Positions 52,887 through 63,004 are shown, numbered from the stretch's first letter. The stretch: 64,000 nucleotides of DNA from an uncultured Gammaproteobacteria bacterium (GCA_943789445.1 CALSUC010000001.1:306168-370167), one strand, 5' to 3'. The notes: generated by a model from the letters alone, not told the origin. A program made the numbers and translations.

Positions 52887-53279
52887 ATGGCTACTACACA
52901 ATATTACGGTACCGGACGTCGCAAGAGTTCCTCTGCACGCGTCTACCTTAAGCCTGGCAAGGGCCAGATTGTTGTTAACTCGCGTGAAGACAACGTGTAT
53001 TTCGGTCGTGAAACTTCACGTCGTATTATCCGTCAGCCGCTAGAAGCAACCGACACATTATCTCAGTTTGATATCAGCGTTAGCGTTAGCGGCGGTGGTT
53101 CAAACGGTCAAGCCGGCGCAATTCAGCTCGGTATCGCTCGCGCACTATTGGTTTACAACGAAGAGCTTCGTGGTGAATTACGTAAGGGTGGTTTCTTAAC
53201 CCGTGACGCACGTGAAGTTGAGCGTAAGAAAGTTGGTCTACGCAAAGCGCGTAAGAAAGAGCAGTACTCCAAGCGTTAA
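52887..53279 (+). CDS. rpsI: 30S ribosomal protein S9
   Basis: Canonical S9; C-terminus [14 protein letters not shown]. Confidence 0.97.
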   Translation: MATTQYYGTGRRKSSSARVYLKPGKGQIVVNSREDNVYFGRETSRRIIRQPLEATDTLSQFDISVSVSGGGSNGQAGAIQLGIARALLVYNEELRGELRKGGFLTRDAREVERKKVGLRKARKKEQYSKR

Positions 53280-53286
53280 TCTTTAT

Positions 53287-53325
53287 GGTGCTTCGGACCA
53301 GCGGTCCGGAGCACTTCTGTATTTC
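53287..53325 (+). terminator. probable rho-independent terminator after rpsI
   Basis: GGTGCTTCGGACC-AGC-GGTCCGGAGCAC hairpin followed by a T-rich tract. Confidence 0.55.
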
Positions 53326-53399
53326 CTCTCGTTATCCTCGAAAGCAGTCGTTTATTGGCTTATTAGCCAATACCTCGCGCTATATGTTTATCCTAACGA

Positions 53400-54146
53400 T
53401 TAAGCATTCTTCAGTGTTTCTAATGCAGCAGCAGATGCCTGTTGTAAGAATAAGCTATCAACACCGACCGTCAATAGACTAAAGCCTTGTTCCTTATACG
53501 GCGCAACATCCTCTGCACTGACACCAAAAATACCCAATACCTTATCGTGATCCATACAGGCTTCAGTGATTTGCTCGATGGCGTCAATAAATTCAGGATT
53601 TTCAAAGTCACCGACCTGACCGAGGCTGGCAGATAGGTCATAAGGCCCAATGAGCACCGCATCAACCCCCTCACAACTGGCCATGGCATCGATATTACCG
53701 ATTGCATCACGGCTTTCGGCTTGGATAACGATGATGGTTTCGTCGTTGGCCCGCGCTAGATAGTCCTGAAAACTCAAGCCATAATCATGTGCTCGACCTA
53801 AACCTACTCCGCGTTGTCCTTGCGGTGGATATTTACTGACACGGACGATGTCTTGCGCTTCGGCTAAGCTTTCTACCTGTGGCACGATAATGCCAGCAGC
53901 ACCGGCGTCTAAAGTTTTTTTAATGAAGCCTTCATCAAATCCGGGCACACGGACTAGGCAGGGGCAATCGCCAGCAGCCTGAATTAGGCGAAAGACCTCA
54001 TTGGGCCCGAGTGCACCATGTTCGGCGTCGATGAACAGCCAATCGTAGCCAAGCTTCACCGTCATTTCGACGGCCTCAACGCTTGCCATCGACATCAAGG
54101 TGCCATACAGCACTTCATTGTTCAGTAGTCGTTGTCGCAGCGCCAT
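53400..54146 (-). CDS. HpcH/HpaI-family aldolase (2-keto-3-deoxy-acid aldolase / citrate-lyase-beta-like)
   Basis: TIM-barrel aldolase motifs (WLFIDAEHGA, metal-binding E/D). Confidence 0.7.
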   Translation of the reverse strand: MALRQRLLNNEVLYGTLMSMASVEAVEMTVKLGYDWLFIDAEHGALGPNEVFRLIQAAGDCPCLVRVPGFDEGFIKKTLDAGAAGIIVPQVESLAEAQDIVRVSKYPPQGQRGVGLGRAHDYGLSFQDYLARANDETIIVIQAESRDAIGNIDAMASCEGVDAVLIGPYDLSASLGQVGDFENPEFIDAIEQITEACMDHDKVLGIFGVSAEDVAPYKEQGFSLLTVGVDSLFLQQASAAALETLKNA

Positions 54147-54159
54147 AGTAGTTATCCTT

Positions 54160-54813
54160 TTAGATGATCTTTAGGCCGCTATCGCCACCCAATAACAACA
54201 CATCGGCTGGACGAATAGCAAAGATACCAACAGTCACCACGCCCGCCAATGTGGCGATTTGGGTCTCCATTTCTATCGGTTTAGTGATGCTTAGGTTGTG
54301 TACATCGATAATAATATTGCCATTATCAGTGGTAAATCCTTGACGTAATTCTGGCGCACCACCGAGCTGGACCATACGGCGTGCCACTGCACTACGTGCC
54401 ATTGGCACCACTTCGATAGGTAACGGGAAACGGCCTAGACGGTGCACTAATTTAGAGTCATCTGCGATACAAATGAATTTCTTACTGGCGTTAGCAACGA
54501 TCTTTTCGCGAGTCAGTGCACCGCCACCACCTTTGATTAAGGCGCGTAGTTCAGTCGCTTCATCGGCACCATCGACGTATAAAGGCAGATCACCAGTAGC
54601 ATTTAGGTCGAGTACTGGGATATTGTGACCACGTAAACGTTCCGCTGATGCTTCAGAGCTTGCCACCGCGCCATCGATTTTGCCGCGAATCTTGGCCAGG
54701 GCATCAATAAAATAATTGGCGGTAGACCCTGTACCAACACCGATTACATCGTCGTTTTGTATATAATCGAGTGCTGCTTCGGCAGCTAAACGTTTTTTGT
54801 CGTCGGCATTCAT
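54160..54813 (-). CDS. rpiA: ribose-5-phosphate isomerase A
   Basis: [34 protein letters not shown] matches the RpiA N-terminus. The ORF-track 5' extension (47 hydrophobic residues) is judged spurious. Confidence 0.9.
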   Translation of the reverse strand: MNADDKKRLAAEAALDYIQNDDVIGVGTGSTANYFIDALAKIRGKIDGAVASSEASAERLRGHNIPVLDLNATGDLPLYVDGADEATELRALIKGGGGALTREKIVANASKKFICIADDSKLVHRLGRFPLPIEVVPMARSAVARRMVQLGGAPELRQGFTTDNGNIIIDVHNLSITKPIEMETQIATLAGVVTVGIFAIRPADVLLLGGDSGLKII

Positions 54814-54877
54814 TGTTTTTCTCACTAAGACTGACTGATGAAGGGTATAAAGATTACCGTAAAGGCTAAAGCATATT

Positions 54878-56431
54878 GTGACAATTTCAAAGACACAGAT
54901 GGAAATCAGTAGCACTAAAATCAAACAACTCGCAGAGATGATTCCGGCGACCAATGTCTACGACGTGGCCGATGTCTCGGCGTTGACCTTTGCTAAGCGA
55001 TTGAGTGATCGCCATAGCAACCAAGTGTGGTTGAAACGTGAAGATCAACAGAGTGTGTTTTCATTTAAGTTGCGCGGTGCCTATAACAAAATATCCAATC
55101 TTTCTAAGGAGCAATTACAAGCAGGTGTGATTGCAGCCTCTGCAGGTAATCATGCGCAGGGTGTTGCCTTAGCCGCACAGCGTTTGAAGATTAATGCGCA
55201 AATCGTCATGCCAACCACCACACCACGAATCAAGGTCGAGTCAGTACGCGCGATGGGTGCTGAAGTAGTGTTGTATGGCGATAATTATGATGAGGCCTGC
55301 GGACATGCCTTAGAACTTGTTGCTACATCGGCACAAACCTTTATTCATCCTTACGACGATATGGCCGTCATGGCCGGGCAGGGCACAGTCGCAAAGGAGA
55401 TCTTAGAACAATTTGAATCTGATATAGATGCGGTGTTTATTCCAGTAGGTGGTGGTGGCTTGATTGCTGGCATGTCTGCATGGATACGCACGCATTCACC
55501 AAAGACCAAGATTATTGGTGTTGAACCAGCAGATGCACCAACCTTACACGCGGCTATGGCAGCACAAGAGCGCGTTATTCTCGAGCAGGTCGGTATCTTT
55601 GCCGATGGTGTTGCAGTAAAGCAGATTGGGGAAAATACATTTGATGTGGCGCGCGAAACGGTGGATGAAGTGATCCTCGTTTCTATTGATGAGATGTGTG
55701 CTGCGATACATGACATTTTTGATGACACACGCGTGTTATCTGAGCCTGCTGGTGCGCTGGCCGTTGCCGGTATGAAGAAATACATCACTAGGGAGAACTG
55801 TAAAAAGCAAAATCTAGTGGCGGTTAATTCTGGTGCTAACGTTAATTTCGATCGCTTGCGCCATGTGGTTGAGCGCTCTGAGGTTGGCGAGGGGCGTGAA
55901 GGTCTATTTGCGGTAACGATTCCAGAAGAGAAGGGTAGTTTTTTACGGTTCTGTTCAATTATTGGAAGATGCAGCATCAGTGAATTCAATTATCGTTATT
56001 CGAAGGCCTCCGAGGCACATATCTTCCTGGGCGTGAAATTTGAGCATGCACAGACAGAAAAAATCGCGATGATCGAAAGGCTGGCGGATAACGGCTATGC
56101 GGTTGTCGATATCTCGGATAACGAGATGGCAAAGCTGCACTTGAGACATCTAGTTGGTGGTCATTCACCTGAATTAGAAGATGAATTTTTAGTTCGCTTT
56201 GAATTTCCAGAGCGCCCTGGGGCCTTGCTGCAGTTTTTAGAAGGCATGGGTTCGCGATGGAATATTAGTCTATTTCATTATCGGAATCATGGCTCTGCTT
56301 ATGGGCGTGTGTTGGTTGCTGCACAGGTGGCAGCACAGGATCGTGATGCGTTTAGGGTCTTTTTAGACGATTTGGGCTATAGGTATTATGAAGAATCAGA
56401 CAACCCCGCCTATTCTCTATTTTTGAGATAG
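54878..56431 (+). CDS. ilvA: biosynthetic threonine dehydratase (threonine ammonia-lyase)
   Basis: PLP site SFKLRGAYN, two C-terminal ACT-like regulatory domains, ~510 aa. Exact start uncertain among several N-terminal Met codons. Confidence 0.9.
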   Translation: MTISKTQMEISSTKIKQLAEMIPATNVYDVADVSALTFAKRLSDRHSNQVWLKREDQQSVFSFKLRGAYNKISNLSKEQLQAGVIAASAGNHAQGVALAAQRLKINAQIVMPTTTPRIKVESVRAMGAEVVLYGDNYDEACGHALELVATSAQTFIHPYDDMAVMAGQGTVAKEILEQFESDIDAVFIPVGGGGLIAGMSAWIRTHSPKTKIIGVEPADAPTLHAAMAAQERVILEQVGIFADGVAVKQIGENTFDVARETVDEVILVSIDEMCAAIHDIFDDTRVLSEPAGALAVAGMKKYITRENCKKQNLVAVNSGANVNFDRLRHVVERSEVGEGREGLFAVTIPEEKGSFLRFCSIIGRCSISEFNYRYSKASEAHIFLGVKFEHAQTEKIAMIERLADNGYAVVDISDNEMAKLHLRHLVGGHSPELEDEFLVRFEFPERPGALLQFLEGMGSRWNISLFHYRNHGSAYGRVLVAAQVAAQDRDAFRVFLDDLGYRYYEESDNPAYSLFLR

Positions 56432-56433
56432 CA

Positions 56434-56465
56434 TAAAAAAAGGGCCCTGTTAGGGCCCTTTTTAG
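56434..56465. terminator. bidirectional rho-independent terminator
   Basis: AAAAAAAGGGCCC-TGTTA-GGGCCCTTTTT between convergent ilvA and the histone-like gene. Confidence 0.8.
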
Positions 56466-56477
56466 GTCTTACTCAGC

Positions 56478-56972
56478 TTATTTTCGTTTAGCTGGAGCTT
56501 TTTTCTTCGCTGCTACCTTTTTCTTAGGCGCCGCTTTTTTCTTTGCTGCTACCTTTTTCTTAGGTGCTGCTTTTTTCTTTGCTGCTACCTTTTTCTTAGG
56601 TGCTGCTTTTTTCTTTGCTGCTACCTTTTTCTTAGGTGCCGCTTTTTTCTTTGCTGCTACCTTTTTCTTAGGTGCCGCTTTTTTCTTTGCTGCTACCTTT
56701 TTCTTAGGTGCTGCTTTTTTCTTTGCTGCTACCTTTTTCTTAGGCGCCGCTTTTTTCTTTGCTGCTACCTTTTTCTTAGGTGCTGCTTTTTTCTTTGCTG
56801 CTACCTTTTTCTTAGGCGCCGCTTTTTTCTTTGCTGCTACCTTTTTCTTAGGTGCTGCTTTTTTCTTTGCTGCTACCTTTTTCTTAGGTGCTGCTTTTTT
56901 CTTTGCTGCTACCTTTTTCTTAGGCGCCGCTTTTTTCTTCGCAGTTGCAGTCTTGCGTTTGATGGCCATCAA
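56478..56972 (-). CDS. histone H1-like lysine/alanine-rich nucleoid protein made of tandem 12-aa repeats
   Basis: 164 aa: MMAIKRKTATA + 12 x (KKKAAPKKKVAA) + KKKAPAKRK. Strong GGAGG Shine-Dalgarno sequence; bidirectional terminator immediately downstream. Confidence 0.8.
   Translation of the reverse strand: MMAIKRKTATAKKKAAPKKKVAAKKKAAPKKKVAAKKKAAPKKKVAAKKKAAPKKKVAAKKKAAPKKKVAAKKKAAPKKKVAAKKKAAPKKKVAAKKKAAPKKKVAAKKKAAPKKKVAAKKKAAPKKKVAAKKKAAPKKKVAAKKKAAPKKKVAAKKKAPAKRK
56497..56945. repeat. 36-bp tandem direct repeat array (~12.5 copies), in-frame within a CDS
   Basis: Unit GCTGCTACCTTTTTCTTAGGYGCYGCTTTTTTCTTT repeated head-to-tail. Copies differ only at two synonymous wobble positions (GGCGCC / GGTGCT / GGTGCC). 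Confidence 0.95.
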
Positions 56973-57135
56973 ATATTCCTCCGAACTCGAATGTTAATAT
57001 AAGAACGAAATTGAGTATAAACAACAAAAGTAAAAAAGCTACTTTTTTTAGTTTCAAATTAAGTGTTAGGAATAACTATTTTTTTATAATTTTAGAACGC
57101 AGATAAAATTTAATGCAGTATTCGCATCGAAAAAT

Positions 57136-57585
57136 TTATTCCATCGTTAATATCAAGTTCCATTCGTCTTCACTTACTGGCATAACGGATAAGCGATTAC
57201 CTTTGCGGACTAAAGCCATGTCCTCTAATCCCTTTGTTTCACGCAGTTCTTGCAGACTAATAACGCGTTTCATCTTGCGCTTATATTTAACGTCGACCAT
57301 AAACCAACGGGGCTTATCTGAGTCACTTTTGGGATCGTAATGCTTATCTTTTGGATCAAATGCGGTGTGGTCTGGGTAACTTTCTTTGTGAATAGTCATC
57401 ACGCCAACAATACCAATTTCATCGCAATTTGAATGATAGAGAAATGCTAGATCACCTATTTTCATTTGATCACGCATCATGTTGCGCGCTTGATAGTTGC
57501 GTACACCATCCCAATGCTCAACTTTATCTCGTTTTAGATGATCGATGCTGTATTCGCTGGGCTCTGACTTCATTAACCAATATTG
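57136..57585 (-). CDS. EVE (PUA-like) domain protein
   Basis: ~150-aa EVE-domain pattern (MQYWLMKSEPSEYSI...GDLAFLYHS). Start set at internal Met. Confidence 0.7.
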   Translation of the reverse strand, partial: QYWLMKSEPSEYSIDHLKRDKVEHWDGVRNYQARNMMRDQMKIGDLAFLYHSNCDEIGIVGVMTIHKESYPDHTAFDPKDKHYDPKSDSDKPRWFMVDVKYKRKMKRVISLQELRETKGLEDMALVRKGNRLSVMPVSEDEWNLILTME

Positions 57586-57674
57586 CATAATGATTCTCGC
57601 TGATGACTGACCTGAATCACTAAACAATTAGCGATAGGTGATGTGTTTAAGATTGGGGGATTGACTCGCTTTAA

Positions 57675-57862
57675 GAGGGCGCTCTCCAGAGTACCGTGGT
57701 TTTCCGCGTACCTTGAACCAGAGGTTCAAGTGGGACTGTGGTTGACAGTGTTAGGCTTTCCGCAGAACGGATATGCACACTACTATCAAACCGAACAACC
57801 CCGAGGTGTGTTAATAGGCTCAAGGGGATTAACGGCTGACTCACAAATACTTCAGAGGCGCA
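57675..57862 (-). ncRNA. ssrS: 6S RNA (SsrS)
   Basis: Minus-strand transcript aligns by eye to E. coli 6S RNA: UCCCCUUGAGCCUAUUAA vs UCCCCUGAGCCGAUAUU; GAAAGCCUAACACUG vs GAAGCCUUAAAACUG; CUUGAACCUCUGGUUCAAGG vs CUUGAACCAAGGGUUCAAGG. Lies directly downstream of zapA as in E. coli and Pseudomonas. Ends approximate. Confidence 0.8.
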
Positions 57863-57884
57863 GCCTTAGTTTACGCCGCGTAGC

Positions 57885-58199
57885 CTATAACTCCAACTGT
57901 TGACTAGTACGAATAGCCTCTTCTAGGCGGTCATTTAGGCTGCGTAACTTGTTAGTTACATGCTCGGCATTAGATTCATGCGTCTCTCTAGTCTCTAGAT
58001 AGTCATTGGCCATATTCAATGCGGCCATGATTGTGACGCGATCTGAACCAATGGCATTACCACCCTCGCGGACTTCTATGATGCGCTGGTTGAGTAGGTC
58101 GACTGAGGCGCGTAGCGCTGACTCTTGACCTGTTGCGCAGGCGATACGATATTCTTTTTCAAGCACCTTGACGGCGATTGGGCTACCTTTACTACTCAT
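57885..58199 (-). CDS. zapA: cell division protein ZapA
   Basis: 104 aa; N-terminal VKVLEKEYRIAC and a C-terminal coiled coil. Confidence 0.85.
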   Translation of the reverse strand: MSSKGSPIAVKVLEKEYRIACATGQESALRASVDLLNQRIIEVREGGNAIGSDRVTIMAALNMANDYLETRETHESNAEHVTNKLRSLNDRLEEAIRTSQQLEL

Positions 58200-58405
58200 T
58201 CACTCTGCTCTAGCGATTTTAGTCGATCGAGGATCTTCTCTACTCGAACGCGCGCTTGGTCTTGTTTTTCTAAGAGAGTTTCACGTTCAGTGCTAAATTC
58301 AACTTTCTGCTCGCGTAGTTGTCGATTTTCGTCTTTTAATTGTGCGCATATCGCGATTAATTCGTCGATGCGCATCTCTAATCGTTTGAGGTCTTCGTCT
58401 TGCAC
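58196..58405 (-). CDS. small coiled-coil protein (TIGR02449-like), conserved upstream of zapA
   Basis: 69-aa heptad-repeat protein (LKDENRQLREQK...). Overlaps the zapA start by 4 nt. Same arrangement as Pseudomonas PA5228-zapA. Confidence 0.6.
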   Translation of the reverse strand: MQDEDLKRLEMRIDELIAICAQLKDENRQLREQKVEFSTERETLLEKQDQARVRVEKILDRLKSLEQSE

Positions 58406-58533
58406 TACGCTGTCCTAGATTGAATATCTTTATGATAGTAGTTTTTGTATTGACGCTGGTCAATCTTCTTGAGCCGATCAAATTTTTTTATTAGGGCTTA
58501 AAAGCAGAAAGCTTTAGGTGTTAAACTCTGACT

Positions 58534-59085
58534 ATGTACTTACCTAGCTATAATCAAGTTGAAACTCTTCTGGAAAATGTCGCCTTAGAAAAGCGTGCCG
58601 CTGAATGGCATGGCTTCCTCTGCGGTGCGATAGCAGTGGATATCGCTTATCCCCTGGTAACATCGGTTCAAACGATGCTCTCAAATACCGCAGAAGTCGC
58701 TATAGGTGAGGATTTAAGCGGACAATTTGATGAAATCTATAGCACCGTACTCGCTCAATTGACCGACTCTAATCTGCAACTCCAACTGTGTTTGCCTGAA
58801 GGTGAAGATGTTGGTCTTGGTGAACAAGTGAGTGCCCTGGCCGAATGGTGTGAAGGCTTTCTCTACGGTCTCGCCAATGCCGGTATTCAAACAAAAGGTA
58901 ATTTAGGCGCCGAAATCAAAGAAATATTACATGATATTGGTGCGATAGCGCAGGTAGATGGGGTGGAACTTGCTGATGAGGAAGAAGAAGTCTCTTTTGT
59001 TGAATTAGTCGAGTTTGTACGTGTGGCTGTTCTGCTACTGGCCGAAGAAGTCCAGCCAATGAAGTCATCAAGAACAGTACATTAA
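58534..59085 (+). CDS. ygfB: UPF0149-family protein YgfB
   Basis: N-terminal AAEWHGFLCGAIAV region; conserved ygfB-pepP-ubiH-ubiI synteny. Confidence 0.8.
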   Translation: MYLPSYNQVETLLENVALEKRAAEWHGFLCGAIAVDIAYPLVTSVQTMLSNTAEVAIGEDLSGQFDEIYSTVLAQLTDSNLQLQLCLPEGEDVGLGEQVSALAEWCEGFLYGLANAGIQTKGNLGAEIKEILHDIGAIAQVDGVELADEEEEVSFVELVEFVRVAVLLLAEEVQPMKSSRTVH

Positions 59086-59237
59086 GCCTCGTACAGGCCT
59101 GTTGATGGCCTCCTGCTTGATCGAAACGCGTTATCATTCAATACCAGCTAAAAGCCCAGTGCACGGATCAATGATGCAAGTCATTTTTCTTCGGGCCGGA
59201 TGCGACATCTTAAGTTGAGCATGAGATAGATTAGGTC

Positions 59238-60548
59238 ATGAATAAAGAATTTATAAAGCGTCGTAAAAACCTGATGCGAATGATGGGTGAGGATGCGATC
59301 GCGATCCTACCAGCAGCCACTGTAAAAACGCGAAATCGAGATGTCGATCATGATTATCGGCAAGACAGTGACTTTCTATACGCCACGGGCTTTGAAGAGC
59401 CTGAAGCGGTTGCGGTACTGATACCTGGCCGTGGTCATGGCCAATACATTCTCTTTTCTCGCGAACGCGATGAAGAAATGGAGACTTGGCACGGACGTCG
59501 TGCCGGACAGCAAGGTGCACTAGAGCGCTATGGCGCCGATGATGCGTTTCCGATCAGTGATATTGATGAAATCCTCCCCGGCTTGTTAGAACAACGTCAG
59601 CGCGTATTTTACACCATGGGCATCAGCGATGAGTTTGACCAACGCATATTGGCTTGGCTCAAGCAGTTGCGCGACAACAGTCGTAGTGGCACACAAGCAC
59701 CGCATGAATTGATCTCTCTGGATTACTTCCTGCATGAGATGCGTCTGTTTAAATCACCGAAAGAAATCAAAATGATGAAGACTGCGGCCAAGGCCTCGGT
59801 CAGCGCGCACCAGCGTGCGCTTCAACGCTGTAAACCAGGTCTCTATGAATATCAAGTCGAGGCCGAATTGTTATACGAATTTAAGCAGGCCGGCTGCGCA
59901 ACGGCTTATCCATCTATCGTTGGCGGCGGTGCCAACGGCTGTATCCTGCATTACACCGAAAATAATGAAGTCTTACAGGATGGCGATCTGCTACTGATCG
60001 ATGCGGGTGCTGAATATCAAGGCTACGCCAGTGACATCACCCGTACCTTTCCAGTCAATGGCACCTTCTCTGACGCACAACGTGCGCTTTATGATTTAGT
60101 GTTAGACGCGCAACTGGCGGCAATCGATGCGGTGCAGCCCGGTAATCATTGGGATCAGCCACATATGGCGGCGGTTAAGGTATTGACTAAGGGTATGGTC
60201 AAGCTTGGCATCCTTAAGGGTCGACCGGCACAGCTGATTAAAGACGGCGCCTATCGAAAATATTATATGCACCGCACCGGTCATTGGCTGGGCTTAGATG
60301 TGCATGATGTCGGTGATTATAAGCTCGATGAGCAATGGCGTATTTTTGAGCCGGGCATGGTGTTAACCGTCGAGCCAGGTATTTACATCCCAGAGGGTAG
60401 CCGAGGTGTGCCGAAGTGTTATTGGAATACCGGTATCCGTATAGAAGATGATGTCCGCGTAACCAAAGACGGTCACGAAGTGCTGACCCAAGCCTTGGTT
60501 AAGACATCCGAAGATATTGAGGCCTTCATGGCCACTGGTGCTGCCTAG
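59238..60548 (+). CDS. pepP: Xaa-Pro aminopeptidase
   Basis: AMP_N domain and M24 pita-bread domain (HGTGHWLGLDVHD, metal ligands). Confidence 0.93.
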   Translation: MNKEFIKRRKNLMRMMGEDAIAILPAATVKTRNRDVDHDYRQDSDFLYATGFEEPEAVAVLIPGRGHGQYILFSRERDEEMETWHGRRAGQQGALERYGADDAFPISDIDEILPGLLEQRQRVFYTMGISDEFDQRILAWLKQLRDNSRSGTQAPHELISLDYFLHEMRLFKSPKEIKMMKTAAKASVSAHQRALQRCKPGLYEYQVEAELLYEFKQAGCATAYPSIVGGGANGCILHYTENNEVLQDGDLLLIDAGAEYQGYASDITRTFPVNGTFSDAQRALYDLVLDAQLAAIDAVQPGNHWDQPHMAAVKVLTKGMVKLGILKGRPAQLIKDGAYRKYYMHRTGHWLGLDVHDVGDYKLDEQWRIFEPGMVLTVEPGIYIPEGSRGVPKCYWNTGIRIEDDVRVTKDGHEVLTQALVKTSEDIEAFMATGAA

Positions 60549-60571
60549 TTAGGCACACAATTCGATCTCTG

Positions 60572-61789
60572 ATGCCCATGCAAAACGATATTAAACAATA
60601 CGATGTAGTCATCGTCGGTGGCGGTCTCGTTGGTACGGCGCTGGCCGCTGCCTTGGCCAAGTCACCGCTATCGATATTACTCCTAGAACAAAATACAGTG
60701 GCTGCCGTTGCGGCCAATATTCTCGATCTACGGACTACTGGTCTGTCACGAAGCTCAGCCACCATCTTTCAACAGATTGGCCTATGGGAAAAGATCGAGC
60801 CGCTGGTTACAGCGATCGAAAAACTCGATATCTCAGAGCAGGGTGGTTACGGCAGTGCGCGTATCGATGCGCGCGAATTTGAGATGTCGCCTGTTGGCTA
60901 TATGGCGCCTAACCTCGACCTGATCAAAATCCTCAGTGAGTACGTGCAAGGGCTGGAGAATGTCAGCATACAAGCGCCCGCCAGTTTAGTGGCGCTAGAG
61001 AAGAATGCGCAGGGCTATCTGCTGCAATGCAGTAGCGGTGAGGACGAGCTGCAGGTGCAAGCGAGCTTAGTAGTAGGTGCCGATGGTGCACGTTCTAAGT
61101 TGCGCTCTCTATTAGCTATCGATTCCAGCCATAAAGATTATGCGCAGACCGCGATTATTAGTAATGTGCGGCCAGAGAAGTTACACAACAACTGCGCCTA
61201 TGAGCGTTTTACCCAACACGGACCGCTAGCGATACTGCCGATTCAAGATCAGCATTGTGCCTTGATCTGGACCCATGCCAATGAACAGGCTGCGGCACAT
61301 ATGGCATTAGACGATGACGCCTTTCTGGCGGCCTTACAGCAAGCCTTTGGCCATCGCTTAGGGCGATTGGAGGCGGTCGGTGAACGTGTCTCTTACCCAC
61401 TATCAATGACCACCGCCAGCGCGCTCTATAAGCCGGCTGCAGTACTCCTTGGTAATGCTGCACAGTCGGTGCACCCGGTGGCCGCGCAGGGCTTTAACCT
61501 AGGCCTAAGAGACGTGCAGAGTTTAGTTGGCCTACTGCAACAGCAAGATTATAAATTAGACGGCTTAGATCAGCTGCTCAAGGTCTATGCAGACAGTCGT
61601 GTCGCCGATCGAGAGCATGTGATTAAGCTGACCGATGGTTTAACCCGGATGTTTGCCGCGCAGTTCCCTGCGGCACGTGCATTGCGTGGTGTTGGCTTAC
61701 GGGTGCTCGGTGCATTAGCGCCATTACAACGTGTGTTACTCAATCGAAACAGTGGCATGCGTTATCTCAATCATTGGTTTGATCAGTAG
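60572..61789 (+). CDS. ubiH: 2-octaprenyl-6-methoxyphenol hydroxylase (flavin monooxygenase)
   Basis: FAD motif YDVVIVGGGLVG, GD motif GADGARSKLR, DAAQSVHPVAAQGFNLGLRD; position after pepP. Confidence 0.85.
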   Translation: MPMQNDIKQYDVVIVGGGLVGTALAAALAKSPLSILLLEQNTVAAVAANILDLRTTGLSRSSATIFQQIGLWEKIEPLVTAIEKLDISEQGGYGSARIDAREFEMSPVGYMAPNLDLIKILSEYVQGLENVSIQAPASLVALEKNAQGYLLQCSSGEDELQVQASLVVGADGARSKLRSLLAIDSSHKDYAQTAIISNVRPEKLHNNCAYERFTQHGPLAILPIQDQHCALIWTHANEQAAAHMALDDDAFLAALQQAFGHRLGRLEAVGERVSYPLSMTTASALYKPAAVLLGNAAQSVHPVAAQGFNLGLRDVQSLVGLLQQQDYKLDGLDQLLKVYADSRVADREHVIKLTDGLTRMFAAQFPAARALRGVGLRVLGALAPLQRVLLNRNSGMRYLNHWFDQ

Positions 61790-61804
61790 GCATATAATTC
61801 GATC

Positions 61805-63004
61805 ATGGCACAGGCAATAGAAGATTTTGATGTAGTGATTGTGGGCGGCGGCATCGTCGGCTTGAGTGCGGCCTGTATGCTCGCGCCAATGGTCGAGCGC
61901 ATCGCCTTGGTGAATAAAATTCCAGCCCCTGAATGGTCGCCCGAGAGTGACTATGGCCTGCGCGTCAGTGCGATTAATTTGGCGAGCCAAAAATTACTCA
62001 CCGAGATCGGTGTCTGGGATCATATTCAACAGATGCGTTGCGCGCCTTATCACGACATGGTGGTGTGGCAAGGCTTGGCCGATGCGGAAATGCATTTCTC
62101 TGCCAATATGACACGGCATAATTCGCTGGGTGCGATCGTTGAGAACAATGTCTTATTGCAGGCACTGAGCCAGCAGGTCAAAACTCTGGCCAATGTGAGC
62201 TGCTATGAACCTAGCAGCATGCAGCATTTTTCAGAGCTATCCGATAACAGCATCTTGATCGAATTAGAAGATGAGCAGGGCCAGAGTCATCGTTTAACTA
62301 GTCGTCTATTGATTGGTGCCGATGGGGTCCACTCTAAAGTGCGCAGTTGTGCTGGTATCTCGGCGACACGGCAAGACTATCAACAGTCGGGTGTGGTCTG
62401 CACCGTAGTCACAGAAAAACCACATCAAGATACCGCTTGGCAATGTTTTACCGAACAAGGCCCCTTGGCCTTACTGCCGTTAGCCGGCAAGCACTGCTCG
62501 GTAGTTTGGAGTCTGCCAACGGCGGAAGCGGAGCAGATGCTGACCTTATCGGATGAAGATTTCAATGCCAGGCTGAGCATGGCCAGTGAATATCGCTTAG
62601 GAGGGCTACAGATTGCGTCTAAGCGAGCTTCATTCCCACTCGCCGGCAGTCAGGCTAATGAATACATAGGTCGTCGAGTGGTCCTCTTAGGCGATGCTGC
62701 ACATGCGGTCCATCCATTGGCTGGTCTTGGTCTTAATCTCGGTTTAGAAGATCTAGTCTATCTGCAGCAATTGATGCAGGCCAGTGATCGAGAGCTAGGC
62801 AGTGAGCGCGTATTACGGTGTTATCAACGCGCTAGAAAAACCGAAAATAGCTCGATGCAGCAAGCCCTAGAAGCGATCGACAAGCTCTTTCGTCAGCCAC
62901 AACCGTGGTTTCGCAGTCTGCGTTCCATAGGCTTCTCTGCGAGCAATCGCTGCAAGCCAATCAAAATGGCATTTATGCGCCGTGCCCTCGGTGTGCCGTT
63001 ATAA
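61805..63004 (+). CDS. ubiI: 2-octaprenylphenol hydroxylase UbiI (VisC) flavin monooxygenase
   Basis: FDVVIVGGGIVG, GADGVHSKVR, DAAHAVHPLAGLGLNLGLED; second paralog directly after ubiH. Confidence 0.85.
   Translation: MAQAIEDFDVVIVGGGIVGLSAACMLAPMVERIALVNKIPAPEWSPESDYGLRVSAINLASQKLLTEIGVWDHIQQMRCAPYHDMVVWQGLADAEMHFSANMTRHNSLGAIVENNVLLQALSQQVKTLANVSCYEPSSMQHFSELSDNSILIELEDEQGQSHRLTSRLLIGADGVHSKVRSCAGISATRQDYQQSGVVCTVVTEKPHQDTAWQCFTEQGPLALLPLAGKHCSVVWSLPTAEAEQMLTLSDEDFNARLSMASEYRLGGLQIASKRASFPLAGSQANEYIGRRVVLLGDAAHAVHPLAGLGLNLGLEDLVYLQQLMQASDRELGSERVLRCYQRARKTENSSMQQALEAIDKLFRQPQPWFRSLRSIGFSASNRCKPIKMAFMRRALGVPL

Noticed and set aside
54814-54954. 47-codon hydrophobic N-terminal extension of the rpiA ORF
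   Set aside because: Canonical RpiA begins at the internal MNADDKK Met. The extension would run into the divergent ilvA start region. It is an ORF-caller artefact of an upstream in-frame ATG.
56497-56945. Regular 36-bp direct repeats that superficially resemble a CRISPR array
   Set aside because: The repeats are directly contiguous with no spacers. They are in-frame inside a CDS and encode a K/A-rich peptide repeat. There are no cas genes nearby.
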